A stretch of 64,000 nt of DNA, from assembly GCA_042572295.1 (NCBI GenBank), contig JBHPFA010000001.1, positions 9,583 to 73,582 on the forward strand. Reading direction: 5' to 3'. Made by a program: the position numbers and the translations under genes. This DNA is from Nanobdellota archaeon (GTDB lineage: Archaea > Nanobdellota > Nanobdellia > Pacearchaeales > JAHJTO01). The number at the start of each line of letters is the position of its first letter. The first letter of the stretch is position 1. Shown piece after piece: positions 36,450-45,644 of this stretch. The notes below the pieces were generated by a model. That model ran no database searches. It was not told where the DNA came from and saw nothing but the letters and a program-made list of their open reading frames with translations.

Positions 36450-38934
36450 GTATGTTTATAGTTCTTTTGGTTTCGTCAACAAACTCTAGTAGGTGTTTCT
36501 TTAGTAAGAAGGGTATTTCCTCGTTTTTTAAGAGTTTTTCAGCTTTTGAGATAGTGTCAGAGTCTGCATATAACTCTGGCTGAAGGAATGTAAAGAAAGT
36601 TTCTGCATATATTCTGTCTTCTTGATTGAAAATCTTTAATACTTCTTTAAAGAAAGGGTCAACATACTCCTTTAATTCCTCTTTTTGAGATTTCCAAAAG
36701 AAACCCCTCATTCCTTCTCTTAAATAATCGATTGATTTCTCCTTTCCATCTAAGAAAAGCTTCCAATTTTCTTCTTTAGCTTTCATATTAGAGACTTCTG
36801 CTCTAAATGCTGCCTTTCTTCCTTTGTCACTTTTATCATTTACTTTTTCTTTTGCTAATAATTCATTAAATCTTTTATTTCCACGAATTGCAAGGCTTAG
36901 AATAATTCCCCATCTTTGTTCAGGGTTAAGTTTGAAGTCTTCAAACTCTATTTTTCCTTCAAGCAAATCAACTAGTTTTTCTATTTCTTCTGCTCCGAAA
37001 GAAGAGGAGATGATTAACCTAAACCAAGTGTCTTTGTTTTCTTTTGAGGTGTTTTCTATTTTTTCTAAACCTAGATTATAGAATTTTTGACAATATTCAT
37101 AATATTCTTCGTTTGTTAAGTAGCATCTTAGGGCTTTGAATGCTTGTAAGAACATCCTTTCTAAAAGTACAGTGTTTGATTCTTTTGGACTTTTGTCTAG
37201 TATGAAATTTAAGTATGTTTTTGGATCCAATTCTGCATCACGAACCATTTGCCACATAGATCTTGTTATTACATGTCTTGTTAGCCCCTCCTTTATTTTT
37301 TCAAAGTGATCTAAGGCATATTTTAATGAATTTTCTTCTAATCTTTCCTTAAAGTAACAGTCATCACTATAATCAAGACATATAAAATCTGCTTTGTCCT
37401 CGTCTATTAAGTCTTTTATTGGATTGTCCGCTTCATTAAAGAATACTTCCACTTCTTTCTGTTTTTCACATTTATTGTCTTTATGGTAAAACAAAGCCAC
37501 TTTTGTTTTATGAGGTCTTAGGATGTTTCCCCCTGAAGACTGGTTTATTGAGAATTTCTTTATTTTTCCTTCTTTTATCTCATAAATAGGTTTGATTAGG
37601 TTTATTCCTGAAGTTTGAATCCAGAGTCTTGACCATTCTTCAAGGCTTTTTCCAAAAGCTTTTTCCATGCAATCTAAAAAGTCTTTTAATTGAGTGTTTT
37701 TCCACTGGAATTTCTGAAAATAATCCTGTACTCCTTTTTTGAATACTTCTTCTCCTAAATAGAAAATCATCTGTTTGATTATTGAGGCTCCTTTTGCATA
37801 GCTTATTCCATCAAAGTTGCTGAATGCTACATCTGTGTCTGGTGCATCTGCTGCAACTGGGTGTGTTGTTGGAAGTTGATCTTGTATAAATGCCCAAGCT
37901 TTTCTTCCGGAGAAATCTTCCATACCATCTTTGTATTCTGTTGCTCTTACCATACAAAAATATGAAAGATAATCTGCAAAACTTTCATTTAACCATAAAT
38001 CATCCCACCATTTCATTGTGACCAAGTCTCCAAACCACATGTGTACCATCTCATGTAAGATTACATTTGCTAGGGTTATCCTTTCTGGTCTTGTAGGTTC
38101 ATGTCTGAACAGGAGTTTTTCTGTAAATGTAACTGCTCCCGCATTTTCCATCGCTCCCATGTTGAATTCTGGAACAAATAATTGGTCATATTTCTCAAAA
38201 GGATAGTCTATTCCAAAGAATTCTGAATAGAATTCAAGTCCTTGCTTAGTTATTGTGAAGAATTCCTTTTCCCTTACGTATTGTTTTTGAGATTCTCTGC
38301 AAAAAATCCTTAATGGAATGTTTTTCCATTTATCTTCAAAAAATATGTAAGGACCAGCGCTTAAATGAAAGAGGTAAGTGCTTAATGGTTTGGTTTTATG
38401 GAAAGTGACTTGTTTTTTGTCTTCTTTTTCTATGGTTTCTTGTTCAAGACTGTTTGAGATTATTTTCCATTCTTTTGGAGCTTCTACTTGTAGTGAGAAA
38501 GTCCCTTTTAAGTCTGGTTGATCAAAACAAGGAAGCATCCTATGTGCGTTGTAAGGTTCGAAGTGGCTGTATAGATATTCGGCTTTGTCTTCAGGATCTA
38601 TGAAGTGGTGAAGGCCTTCTCCTGTTTTGTCGTATTCGTTTTCATAAACAATCTCTATCTTGTTTTGTCCTTGTTTTAAGCTTTCTTTTAGTATTGAAAT
38701 CTTGTTCTCCTGCTTTCCATGTTCACTTTTTTGATCATTTACTTTCAGTTCTTTTATTTTTCCTGCGAAATCAAGAATTAAGGCTTCCTCAGCTTTCTTT
38801 AAGTTAAATGTAAGAATACATTTTCCAGAGTAAAGAATACTGTTCTTCTTTAAGAAGATAGATAAGTCATAATCTACATCACTTATAATCTCACCTCTTT
38901 TTTGAGCGAGAGCTCTTGTTAAAACATCTGTCAT
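36412..38934 (-). CDS. pepN: aminopeptidase N (M1 family)
   Basis: GAMEN motif (FNMGAMENAG) and HEMVHMWFGDLVT...WLNESFA zinc site. 840 aa. Confidence 0.9.
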   Translation of the reverse strand: MTDVLTRALAQKRGEIISDVDYDLSIFLKKNSILYSGKCILTFNLKKAEEALILDFAGKIKELKVNDQKSEHGKQENKISILKESLKQGQNKIEIVYENEYDKTGEGLHHFIDPEDKAEYLYSHFEPYNAHRMLPCFDQPDLKGTFSLQVEAPKEWKIISNSLEQETIEKEDKKQVTFHKTKPLSTYLFHLSAGPYIFFEDKWKNIPLRIFCRESQKQYVREKEFFTITKQGLEFYSEFFGIDYPFEKYDQLFVPEFNMGAMENAGAVTFTEKLLFRHEPTRPERITLANVILHEMVHMWFGDLVTMKWWDDLWLNESFADYLSYFCMVRATEYKDGMEDFSGRKAWAFIQDQLPTTHPVAADAPDTDVAFSNFDGISYAKGASIIKQMIFYLGEEVFKKGVQDYFQKFQWKNTQLKDFLDCMEKAFGKSLEEWSRLWIQTSGINLIKPIYEIKEGKIKKFSINQSSGGNILRPHKTKVALFYHKDNKCEKQKEVEVFFNEADNPIKDLIDEDKADFICLDYSDDCYFKERLEENSLKYALDHFEKIKEGLTRHVITRSMWQMVRDAELDPKTYLNFILDKSPKESNTVLLERMFLQAFKALRCYLTNEEYYEYCQKFYNLGLEKIENTSKENKDTWFRLIISSSFGAEEIEKLVDLLEGKIEFEDFKLNPEQRWGIILSLAIRGNKRFNELLAKEKVNDKSDKGRKAAFRAEVSNMKAKEENWKLFLDGKEKSIDYLREGMRGFFWKSQKEELKEYVDPFFKEVLKIFNQEDRIYAETFFTFLQPELYADSDTISKAEKLLKNEEIPFLLKKHLLEFVDETKRTINILGKYSSSEKNES

Positions 38935-38936
38935 TT

Positions 38937-39299
38937 TTAGTATTGATTATATTTTAAGTTCTTGCCTTTACATTTATCTACTGGATATCTGTCTTCACTC
39001 TTTTCGAGTTTGGTATGTATTGCTTGTGATATGTCTATGTCATTCATTTGAGCAAATCTTAGTAAAAATATAGTAGTATCTGCAAGTTCTTCCCCTATTT
39101 CGTGTTTCTTTTTTGGATCTTTTAATAGTTCTTTAATCTGGTCTTCAGTCTTAAATCTAAAATGCTCTAATAATTCAGAAGCTTCTGTGATTGCTCCTAT
39201 CGCTAACTCTTTTGGACCATGAAATTTATCCCAATCTCTAGCTTCACAGAACTTTTGTACCTTCTCTTTTAATTCATGGATGTTTGTTTCTGAGTCCAT
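38937..39299 (-). CDS. MazG-type nucleotide pyrophosphohydrolase
   Basis: FCEARDWDKFHGPKELAIGAITEASELLEHF...EELADT typical of the MazG/YpjD family. Confidence 0.7.
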   Translation of the reverse strand: MDSETNIHELKEKVQKFCEARDWDKFHGPKELAIGAITEASELLEHFRFKTEDQIKELLKDPKKKHEIGEELADTTIFLLRFAQMNDIDISQAIHTKLEKSEDRYPVDKCKGKNLKYNQY

Positions 39300-39345
39300 A
39301 ATATGCTTGAGAAGAAGGCTTATTTAAAGTTAATTAAGAAGTAGA

Positions 39346-39735
39346 CTAATATACATAAGAAGTTTTATTTTCTCCAAAATATTCTTTATCTTTGGCTTTT
39401 ATGGTTACAGCACATTTGTAGTAGCTTGCTTTTATGTTCTCTTTTTGTTTTGTTTGAGAAGTGATTGCCATTTTTACTTCTTTTATGTCCTTTGAATCTA
39501 TCCCCATCTTTTTTATCTCATCTAAGAACCATTTTTTGTATTTTTTAATGGTATTTTGGACTGTTCCAACATTATGGTTTTCTGGAGTGATCTTGAGTTT
39601 TAGTAAGTCTATTGATATGAATGCTTCTTCTAAAGGAGTAGTTCCAAGATATTGGATGAACTCGTAGTTAGTAGGGCTGATAAAGCTGTCTGAAAGGTTA
39701 TAAGCTGTACCACTTAACTGAGCTAATTTTCCCAT
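39346..39735 (-). CDS. hypothetical protein (129 aa)
   Basis: Clean ORF. No motif. Confidence 0.45.
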   Translation of the reverse strand: MGKLAQLSGTAYNLSDSFISPTNYEFIQYLGTTPLEEAFISIDLLKLKITPENHNVGTVQNTIKKYKKWFLDEIKKMGIDSKDIKEVKMAITSQTKQKENIKASYYKCAVTIKAKDKEYFGENKTSYVY

Positions 39736-39780
39736 TTTGTTAATTTTAAAGAGAATCTTAAGAATTTAAAGGTTTTCTTC

Positions 39781-39909
39781 TCAACATAATTTAGCTTTCT
39801 TCATAAACTTCTTGTTACAAGGTGTACATATCTTTAAGGGTTTTAAAGTGTTTAAGTTTACTTTTGTTCGAGTGGATTTCTTTTTTCCACAATAGTTACA
39901 TATATTCAT
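39781..39909 (-). CDS. small zinc-ribbon-like peptide (42 aa)
   Basis: Translates MNICNYCGKKKSTRTKVNLNTLKPLKICTPCNKKFMKKAKLC. Not in the track. Preceded by the conserved leader. Confidence 0.5.
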   Translation of the reverse strand: MNICNYCGKKKSTRTKVNLNTLKPLKICTPCNKKFMKKAKLC

Positions 39910-39954
39910 TTTTTATATTTACTCAGAATAAGGCCCGAGGTACCAACACCTCTT
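39907..39954 (-). promoter_or_regulatory. conserved 5'-leader element, copy 3
   Basis: Minus strand: AAGAGGTGTTGGTACCTCGGGCCTTATTCTGAGTAAATATAAAAAATG. Confidence 0.55.
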
Positions 39955-39995
39955 AATCTTTTTAGTATCAGTATTATATAAAGTTTGGTATATAC

Positions 39996-40580
39996 CTACT
40001 TTTTCTTAAGTTTTCTTAGAAGTAGGGGTTTTATTTTTTCCCAGTCTTCTTTTAGCATTCCATAAAGGTTTACATCATGCCATTTCTTAGTTGCTTTAGA
40101 TCTATGGGCTTTTCTTTGATTTCCTTCATATTTATAACCCATCTTCTTTATCATAGTGTTTGATGCAATATTATTTGTAAAGGCCTCTGTGCCAAGTCTT
40201 ACAAATTTCAGTTTATTAAAAGCAAAGTCATTGATTGCAATTTTTGCTTCTGTAACATATCCTTTTTTCCAATAATCTCTTGCAATCCATGAACCAGTTG
40301 TTGCTTTTTTTGTAAAATGGTCTATTTGATGTAGACCGCTGCCACCTATTAGCTTGTTTTCTGATTTTAATATGATTACAAAACCATAATCAGAAGGCTT
40401 CTTTTTTCTAGAGCTCTTTTTTGACTTGTTTATCCACCAGAAAGCATCTTTCTTCTTGTAAGGGTTAGGGACATTTGAAAGAAACTTTGTTATTCTTTTA
40501 TCCCCAATTTCTTTAACTAGCTCTTTCCAATCGCTTGTTTTAGGAGTCCTAATAATCAACCTCTTTGTCTCTAATTTCAT
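39996..40580 (-). CDS. GNAT family N-acetyltransferase (RimJ/RimL-like)
   Basis: MKLETKRLIIRTPKTSDWKEL...FVRLGTEAFTNNIASNTMIKKMGYKYEG. Confidence 0.75.
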   Translation of the reverse strand: MKLETKRLIIRTPKTSDWKELVKEIGDKRITKFLSNVPNPYKKKDAFWWINKSKKSSRKKKPSDYGFVIILKSENKLIGGSGLHQIDHFTKKATTGSWIARDYWKKGYVTEAKIAINDFAFNKLKFVRLGTEAFTNNIASNTMIKKMGYKYEGNQRKAHRSKATKKWHDVNLYGMLKEDWEKIKPLLLRKLKKK

Positions 40581-40619
40581 CTACCCTTGAGTAATCTTTA
40601 GAATTTAAATGTTTTCTTC

Positions 40620-40748
40620 TCAACACAATTTGGATTTTTTCATAAGCTTCTTATTACAAGGCGTACATATCTTTGAGGGTTTTAAGGTATGTAAGTTTAC
40701 CTTTGTTCTGGTAGGTTTCTTTTTTCCACAATAGTCGCATATATTCAT
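40620..40748 (-). CDS. small zinc-ribbon-like peptide (42 aa), paralog
   Basis: Translates MNICDYCGKKKPTRTKVNLHTLKPSKICTPCNKKLMKKSKLC. Confidence 0.5.
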   Translation of the reverse strand: MNICDYCGKKKPTRTKVNLHTLKPSKICTPCNKKLMKKSKLC

Positions 40749-40793
40749 TTTTCATATTTACTCAGAATAAGGCCTGAGTTACCAACTCCTCTT
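40746..40793 (-). promoter_or_regulatory. conserved 5'-leader element, copy 4
   Basis: Minus strand: AAGAGGAGTTGGTAACTCAGGCCTTATTCTGAGTAAATATGAAAAATG. Confidence 0.55.
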
Positions 40794-40834
40794 AATCTTT
40801 AAGGTATCTGTTTTATATAAAGCTGAGTATATAC

Positions 40835-41461
40835 TTACTTTTCTTTGTAAAAATCAGAATAAGGTTTTCTAACAACCCATAACTTTGGATTATGAGGTTT
40901 ATTCATTGATTGAAGTATTGTTTGAGTTCTTTGTTTAGTATCTCCCTTAAGAACTGTAGCTTTTACGTTTGAATATTCTCGTTGAAGCTTATCCCATCTT
41001 TTTATTTCGTTGCTTAACCAATCTTGTTGGAAGAGCACATGTATTCTTGTTAGTTTTGCATTTTTGCTTTGGTCTTTTCTTCTTACCCTTTGATTAGTTA
41101 TACGGTTTGAGTTCCTTTTATTAAAGAAAACTTCAATTTCATATTCGGAGTTAGTTATTCCTGGAATATATTTTTTAAGATTAGCTGATCCAGAAAAAAC
41201 AGTATATTTTACTCTCCTATTCTCAAGTTTCTCAATTTCATACATAAGGTCCTTTTTCTCTCCTAAAAAAGCATCTAAACCTCCATATTTGATGGGTTTG
41301 TTGTCTTTAGAGGCAGTTCTTCCGATAAATCCCACTTCCCTATCTTCTGAAAGGACATAATCATAAGGGGTGGAGATTGGAGCTTTTAATTGTTTTCGGA
41401 TATTTGCTTCTAGGGTAGTTTTTCCTGATCCCCAGGTACCAGTTATGTATATTATTTTCAT
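40835..41461 (-). CDS. P-loop NTPase (AAA/kinase-like)
   Basis: Walker A ITGTWGSGKTT at the N-terminus. Basic C-terminal half. Confidence 0.5.
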   Translation of the reverse strand: MKIIYITGTWGSGKTTLEANIRKQLKAPISTPYDYVLSEDREVGFIGRTASKDNKPIKYGGLDAFLGEKKDLMYEIEKLENRRVKYTVFSGSANLKKYIPGITNSEYEIEVFFNKRNSNRITNQRVRRKDQSKNAKLTRIHVLFQQDWLSNEIKRWDKLQREYSNVKATVLKGDTKQRTQTILQSMNKPHNPKLWVVRKPYSDFYKEK

Positions 41462-41525
41462 TTTTGATTAAGGTTCTCACTAGAACTTTAGTGATTTAAT
41501 CTTGTTATAGAAAAAAATACTAACT

Positions 41526-41729
41526 TTATTTGCTTTCTAATTTTTCAACTTTCTCAGCTTTAGGGCCTTTATCGCCTTCTACTGCTTCGAATGCAACTCT
41601 ATCACCTTCATCGATTGATACGCCTTCTTTAAGTCCACTTTCGTGTACGAAATAAGACTTTCCGTCGTCTCCATCGATAAAGCCATAGCGGCTTGCTCTG
41701 TTGAAAAATTTTACTTTTCCTTCGACCAT
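41526..41729 (-). CDS. cold-shock protein (CspA family)
   Basis: MVEGKVKFFNRASRYGFI...YFVHESGL...VAFEAVEGDKGPKAEKV with RNP1/RNP2-like motifs. Confidence 0.85.
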   Translation of the reverse strand: MVEGKVKFFNRASRYGFIDGDDGKSYFVHESGLKEGVSIDEGDRVAFEAVEGDKGPKAEKVEKLESK

Positions 41730-41808
41730 ATCTAAAGTATAGAAATGGGTCTTTTAAATGCTTGTATTAGGTTTTTATATGCAAAAAACTAAGAGAAGAG
41801 TGTATAAA

Positions 41809-42636
41809 ATGGGTAATTTAAGATTTAAGAATAAATGCTTTCTTGCACCTATGGCCGAGATAAATGATATTGCTTTTCGTTTATTGTGTAAAAAAGCTGG
41901 TGCTGGTTTGGTTTATACTGGGATGGTTAATCCTTTGACTAAGCAAACATTGGTGTTAGATGACAAGCCTGTCATTCAACTGTTTTCTATGGATGGAAGA
42001 GGAATTAAGGAGTTTATCAAGAAATATGAAGGGAAGGCTCAGTTATTTGACTTTAATCTAGGATGTCCTGCAAGAGTTGCTGAAAGGAGTGGTATTGGAT
42101 CTTATCTTACAAGGGATTTGAAGACTATTGAGAAGATCTTAAAGGAAATGCGTAAAGCAACTAAGAAACCTATTACAATCAAATTAAGAAAAGGGCCCAA
42201 TACTCTAAAAATAGTCAAGATTGCTGAGAAGTATTGTGATGGGATTTGTATTCATCCAAGAACTAAAGAACAAGGTTATTCTGGGAAGGCAGATGTTGAA
42301 TATGCTGAGAGATTAAAGAAAGGGACTAAGCTTTCAGTCATTTATTCAGGAGATGTTGATGAAAATAATGTTAAGGGTTTGTTGAAGAAGTTTGATTTTG
42401 TGATGGTAGGGAGGAAAGCTATTGGAAATCCTAATATATTTGCTAAGATTGCTGGAAAGAAAGCTGTTTTTGGGTTTAATGATTACCTTAAACTTGCTTT
42501 GAAGTATAAATTTAAATTTTCACATATAAAATCACAAGCAATGTACTTTACTAAAAATCAAAAGAATGCTAAAGAGCTAAGAGGAAAATTGGTCAAGGCT
42601 CAAAAGATTAGTGATATTAGAAAAATAATGGCTTAA
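41809..42636 (+). CDS. tRNA-dihydrouridine synthase (Dus family)
   Basis: FKNKCFLAPMAEINDIAFRLLCKKAGAGLVYTGMV is the Dus N-terminal signature. Start chosen at MGNLRF because a TATA (GTTTTTATATGC) lies at 41771-41782; the track start 41758 would leave no promoter space. Confidence 0.7.
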   Translation: MGNLRFKNKCFLAPMAEINDIAFRLLCKKAGAGLVYTGMVNPLTKQTLVLDDKPVIQLFSMDGRGIKEFIKKYEGKAQLFDFNLGCPARVAERSGIGSYLTRDLKTIEKILKEMRKATKKPITIKLRKGPNTLKIVKIAEKYCDGICIHPRTKEQGYSGKADVEYAERLKKGTKLSVIYSGDVDENNVKGLLKKFDFVMVGRKAIGNPNIFAKIAGKKAVFGFNDYLKLALKYKFKFSHIKSQAMYFTKNQKNAKELRGKLVKAQKISDIRKIMA

Positions 42637-43079
42637 ATCCATCTTCTTACTTTTTTCTTGTAAGTTTTATACTTCTTTCCAAATCTCTTTTCTAAGTTCT
42701 TTTCTTCAACAGGAACTGTGAAAAGATCTGTAGCTATTATGAAAATTATAGGAGCAATGAATGTGACTAAGCTTCCTAAAAGTACTGCTTCTCCTAATAA
42801 GACTAAAAACATCCCAAAATATGTTGGATTTCTGCTTAATCTAAATAATCCAGAAGTTATCAGGATTCTTGGGATTTTATGAGCTTCTGTTGTAGTCCTG
42901 TGTTTCTTGAACGTAAAGAAACGCCAAAAACTAGGATATATTCCTATGACTATAAGCAATAATCCCCAATAAGTATAGGGTTGATTGATTACTGTTGAAA
43001 TAGGAAAGAAAAAATGTAGGATAATGTTTAGGATGATTAAAACCATAAAATAATTTGGAGGTACTATTTTTTGTTTCAT
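42633..43079 (-). CDS. isoprenylcysteine carboxyl methyltransferase (ICMT/PEMT) family membrane protein
   Basis: LITSGLFRLSRNPTYFGMFLVLLGEA (RxPxY motif) and four TM helices. Confidence 0.65.
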   Translation of the reverse strand: MKQKIVPPNYFMVLIILNIILHFFFPISTVINQPYTYWGLLLIVIGIYPSFWRFFTFKKHRTTTEAHKIPRILITSGLFRLSRNPTYFGMFLVLLGEAVLLGSLVTFIAPIIFIIATDLFTVPVEEKNLEKRFGKKYKTYKKKVRRWI

Positions 43080-43201
43080 TTTAATGTTTGTGTGAGCAGC
43101 ATTCTTCTTCTACTTCTTTAATTCCATTCTTTATTAATTCCTGTATGATTTCATATCCGAAATCACCTTTTTTGAGCTTTGGAATTTTCTCTTTTTTATT
43201 T

Positions 43202-43717
43202 TTAGCTTTCTTTTTCATCCTTGAATGCTATTAGGAATTCTAAGTCTCTTGCCTTTATGAACTTTGGGGTGTACTCTTCTGGAGAGTCATTTTTGAATAA
43301 TCTGATTGCTTCATTAATAGAGGCCCATATTACATTAGCTCCTGCCTCTTTTTCTTCTTTTGTAAAGGAAGGTTCCCCTTTTGGACCTTTTAGCTTTGCG
43401 AAAAAGCAATAAGAGACTTGTTTTTGGCTGTATTTGTTTTTATATTCAATTATTTTTCCAAGTTCATGAGTTATTTCTATATCACTTCCAAGTTCTTCTT
43501 TTACTTCTCTTACTAATGTTGTTTTGAGATCTTCTTTTTCTTCTAATCCCCCTCCAGGAAGTTTATGACACTTCCATTGTGGCATTGAGAGCAAGGCTAT
43601 TTGTTTATTTTCATCAAAAATTATTGCTCTTGCAGCAGTTCTTAAAGAATATTCTTTTGAAGGTTCTATTTCTTCACCTAGAACTTCTTTATCTGTAAGT
43701 TCTTTTATGAGTTTCAT
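43202..43717 (-). CDS. NUDIX hydrolase
   Basis: Nudix box GGGLEEKEDLKTTLVREVKEELG. Confidence 0.8.
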   Translation of the reverse strand: MKLIKELTDKEVLGEEIEPSKEYSLRTAARAIIFDENKQIALLSMPQWKCHKLPGGGLEEKEDLKTTLVREVKEELGSDIEITHELGKIIEYKNKYSQKQVSYCFFAKLKGPKGEPSFTKEEKEAGANVIWASINEAIRLFKNDSPEEYTPKFIKARDLEFLIAFKDEKES

Positions 43718-44508
43718 TTTCTAAGTATATGTACCCAGTATCTTTCACTTAAAATGTATTTGTTACCTTTTCTTCGCTTTTCTAAGTAATTGATCATTCT
43801 TGCTTTTTGGTCTTTAGTGAACTCATCATACCATTTCTTTAAGGCAAACTTAAGATAATAGTTTGTTGCCATGGACTTCTTTGATAAGTGGTCCTTTTCT
43901 AAGTCTTTGAAGTCTTGTAAATAAAATTTTGAATCCATTATGTAGGATTCTCTTTTTTTGAAGTTTCTTTTCACCATTGCAGAAGTTCTATCACTAGGCA
44001 TTGGTTTGTTTAAGAATTCATGCCTAAATTTAGCTATGAAATGATCCTTTGCATCTTTTCCATAATTATGTATTAATACTAATCTTCCATCTTTGTTTAA
44101 GAGACTAAGCATATCTTTGATAGCTTTTCTTCTATCTTTGAAGAAGTATATTGTTTGAATGTTTGTGATTAAGTCATATTTTTGGTTATTTTTCTTTGCT
44201 TTTCTGTAGAAGTTTTGCCATTGGTCATGGACTAAGTTGGTGTTTCTTAGTCTATCTTTCTTGACTTTCTTTTCAAGAATCTCAAACATCCTATCTCCTG
44301 GCTCTAATCCAGTGGCTTGTTTGAAATGTTTTGCTAATCCGAAGAAAATATCTCCTGCACCGGCTCCCACATCCAGATAAGTGTTGCTATGTTTGAGCTT
44401 TTTGATTACTTTCTTTATCTCTTTGACTTGCAGCACTTTTTCATCACTTACTTTAGCTAAGTAAGCAAATGCTTTTGTTTGGTTATAGTTTACCCCTACT
44501 GATACCAT
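43714..44508 (-). CDS. class I SAM-dependent methyltransferase
   Basis: Motif I LDVGAGAGDIF and motif II-like LITNIQTIYFF. Confidence 0.6.
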   Translation of the reverse strand: MVSVGVNYNQTKAFAYLAKVSDEKVLQVKEIKKVIKKLKHSNTYLDVGAGAGDIFFGLAKHFKQATGLEPGDRMFEILEKKVKKDRLRNTNLVHDQWQNFYRKAKKNNQKYDLITNIQTIYFFKDRRKAIKDMLSLLNKDGRLVLIHNYGKDAKDHFIAKFRHEFLNKPMPSDRTSAMVKRNFKKRESYIMDSKFYLQDFKDLEKDHLSKKSMATNYYLKFALKKWYDEFTKDQKARMINYLEKRRKGNKYILSERYWVHILRK

Positions 44509-44540
44509 TTTCCCTTAGAATTATGTGGGTTTCAAAGTCT

Positions 44541-45239
44541 TTAAATTTTTCCATTAAGATATGCTTTTCTTTTTGTCTCTGGAAGTCTTTCTATAGAATA
44601 TCTAAGCATTGTTCTTGGCATGTTTTTGTAGTGTTTTTTTAGGAAGGTTTCTAGAGTTTTTTGATCTTTTTTTCCTATTTCTCTTAACATCCAGCCAACT
44701 GCCTTGTGTATTAAATCATGATTGTCTTTTAGATGCATTTCGAATATCTTTAATGCATCTTTGAATTGGCCGTTTCTTATTGAATAGAAAGTTCCAAGTA
44801 TTGATATTCTTCTTTCCCAGAGATTTTTTGATTTTGCTAGTTTGTAGAGGATATCTTTTTTCTTGTCAAATAGATATTTGCTTACTATGTAAGGGGCAGA
44901 CAGATCTACTAAATCCCAATTGTTAACATTTTTTGCATTCTTTAAGTAAAAGTTGAAGATTTTCTCTTTTTCTATGTTTCTTTCAAATTGGTTTACTAAA
45001 ATAAGTAAGGCAACGAGTCTGTGTTCGTGGATTTTGCTTTGAAGAAGTTGTTTTATTTCTTTTAGAGGCAGGTCTTTATATTTTATAGCTACTGTTCTCT
45101 GTACAGGGACTTTTATTCCTAAGAAAACATCTCCTTCTCCATATTGTCCTTTTCCTGTTTTGAAAAAACCTTGAAGGATTTTGGCTTGTTTTTTATTTTC
45201 AAGCTTTTTTAGATCTTTTTTTATGTTTTGAGCAGACAT
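44541..45239 (-). CDS. DNA alkylation repair protein (AlkD-like HEAT-repeat glycosylase family)
   Basis: QGFFKTGKGQYGEGDVFLGIKVPVQR...NWDLVDLSAPYIV...WERRISI. Confidence 0.7.
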   Translation of the reverse strand: MSAQNIKKDLKKLENKKQAKILQGFFKTGKGQYGEGDVFLGIKVPVQRTVAIKYKDLPLKEIKQLLQSKIHEHRLVALLILVNQFERNIEKEKIFNFYLKNAKNVNNWDLVDLSAPYIVSKYLFDKKKDILYKLAKSKNLWERRISILGTFYSIRNGQFKDALKIFEMHLKDNHDLIHKAVGWMLREIGKKDQKTLETFLKKHYKNMPRTMLRYSIERLPETKRKAYLNGKI

Positions 45240-45240
45240 T

Positions 45241-45468
45241 TTAGTAAAACGAATAAATTCCTGAGATGATTCCTGAAATTATCGCAAGATATCCAAGAAA
45301 TTTAATTGGTTCAGTTGATTGGTTTTTGCTTTGTTTAAGCTTGTTAAAAGTAATAACTTTTCCAAACCATATTCCAAATTTAATGGCACTTTTTGGTTTA
45401 GAGACTAAAAGAATTCCTACTATCACTAAGTAAATTCCTCTTATCATGTGTATCAGTTCAATAGCCAT
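45241..45468 (-). CDS. small membrane protein (75 aa)
   Basis: Two TM helices. Confidence 0.4.
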   Translation of the reverse strand: MAIELIHMIRGIYLVIVGILLVSKPKSAIKFGIWFGKVITFNKLKQSKNQSTEPIKFLGYLAIISGIISGIYSFY

Positions 45469-45470
45469 CT

Positions 45471-45644
45471 TTATTTTCCTTTAGTCATATTCATGCCAAT
45501 AACAACAAACACCAATCCGATTATGAATAAAGGAGTCATTTCCTTGCCCCAATTTAATAAATAATTGAGAGCATTCGCAAGAATCATTACAAATCCTATT
45601 CCTGCCATGATTTGACCTCTTATTTTATTTGGTTTTTTCTTCAT
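45471..45644 (-). CDS. small membrane protein (57 aa)
   Basis: Not in the track. Translates MKKKPNKIRGQIMAGIGFVMILANALNYLLNWGKEMTPLFIIGLVFVVIGMNMTKGK. ATGA overlap with the upstream stop. Confidence 0.3.
   Translation of the reverse strand: MKKKPNKIRGQIMAGIGFVMILANALNYLLNWGKEMTPLFIIGLVFVVIGMNMTKGK

Larger units (their letters stand above)
39751..39995. repeat. copy 1 of ~245-bp duplicated cassette (about 85-90% identical to 40591..40834)
   Basis: Direct comparison of the two stretches. Each contains the 42-aa ORF, the conserved leader and a TTTATATAA TATA box. Confidence 0.8.
40591..40834. repeat. copy 2 of ~245-bp duplicated cassette
   Basis: See 39751..39995. Confidence 0.8.

Noticed and set aside
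43082-43219. 45-aa minus-strand ORF (MKKKAKNKKEKIPKLKKGDFGYEIIQELIKNGIKEVEEECCSHKH) between the NUDIX and ICMT genes
   Set aside because: Plausible but unsupported. Lys-rich low complexity, and no promoter element recognised.
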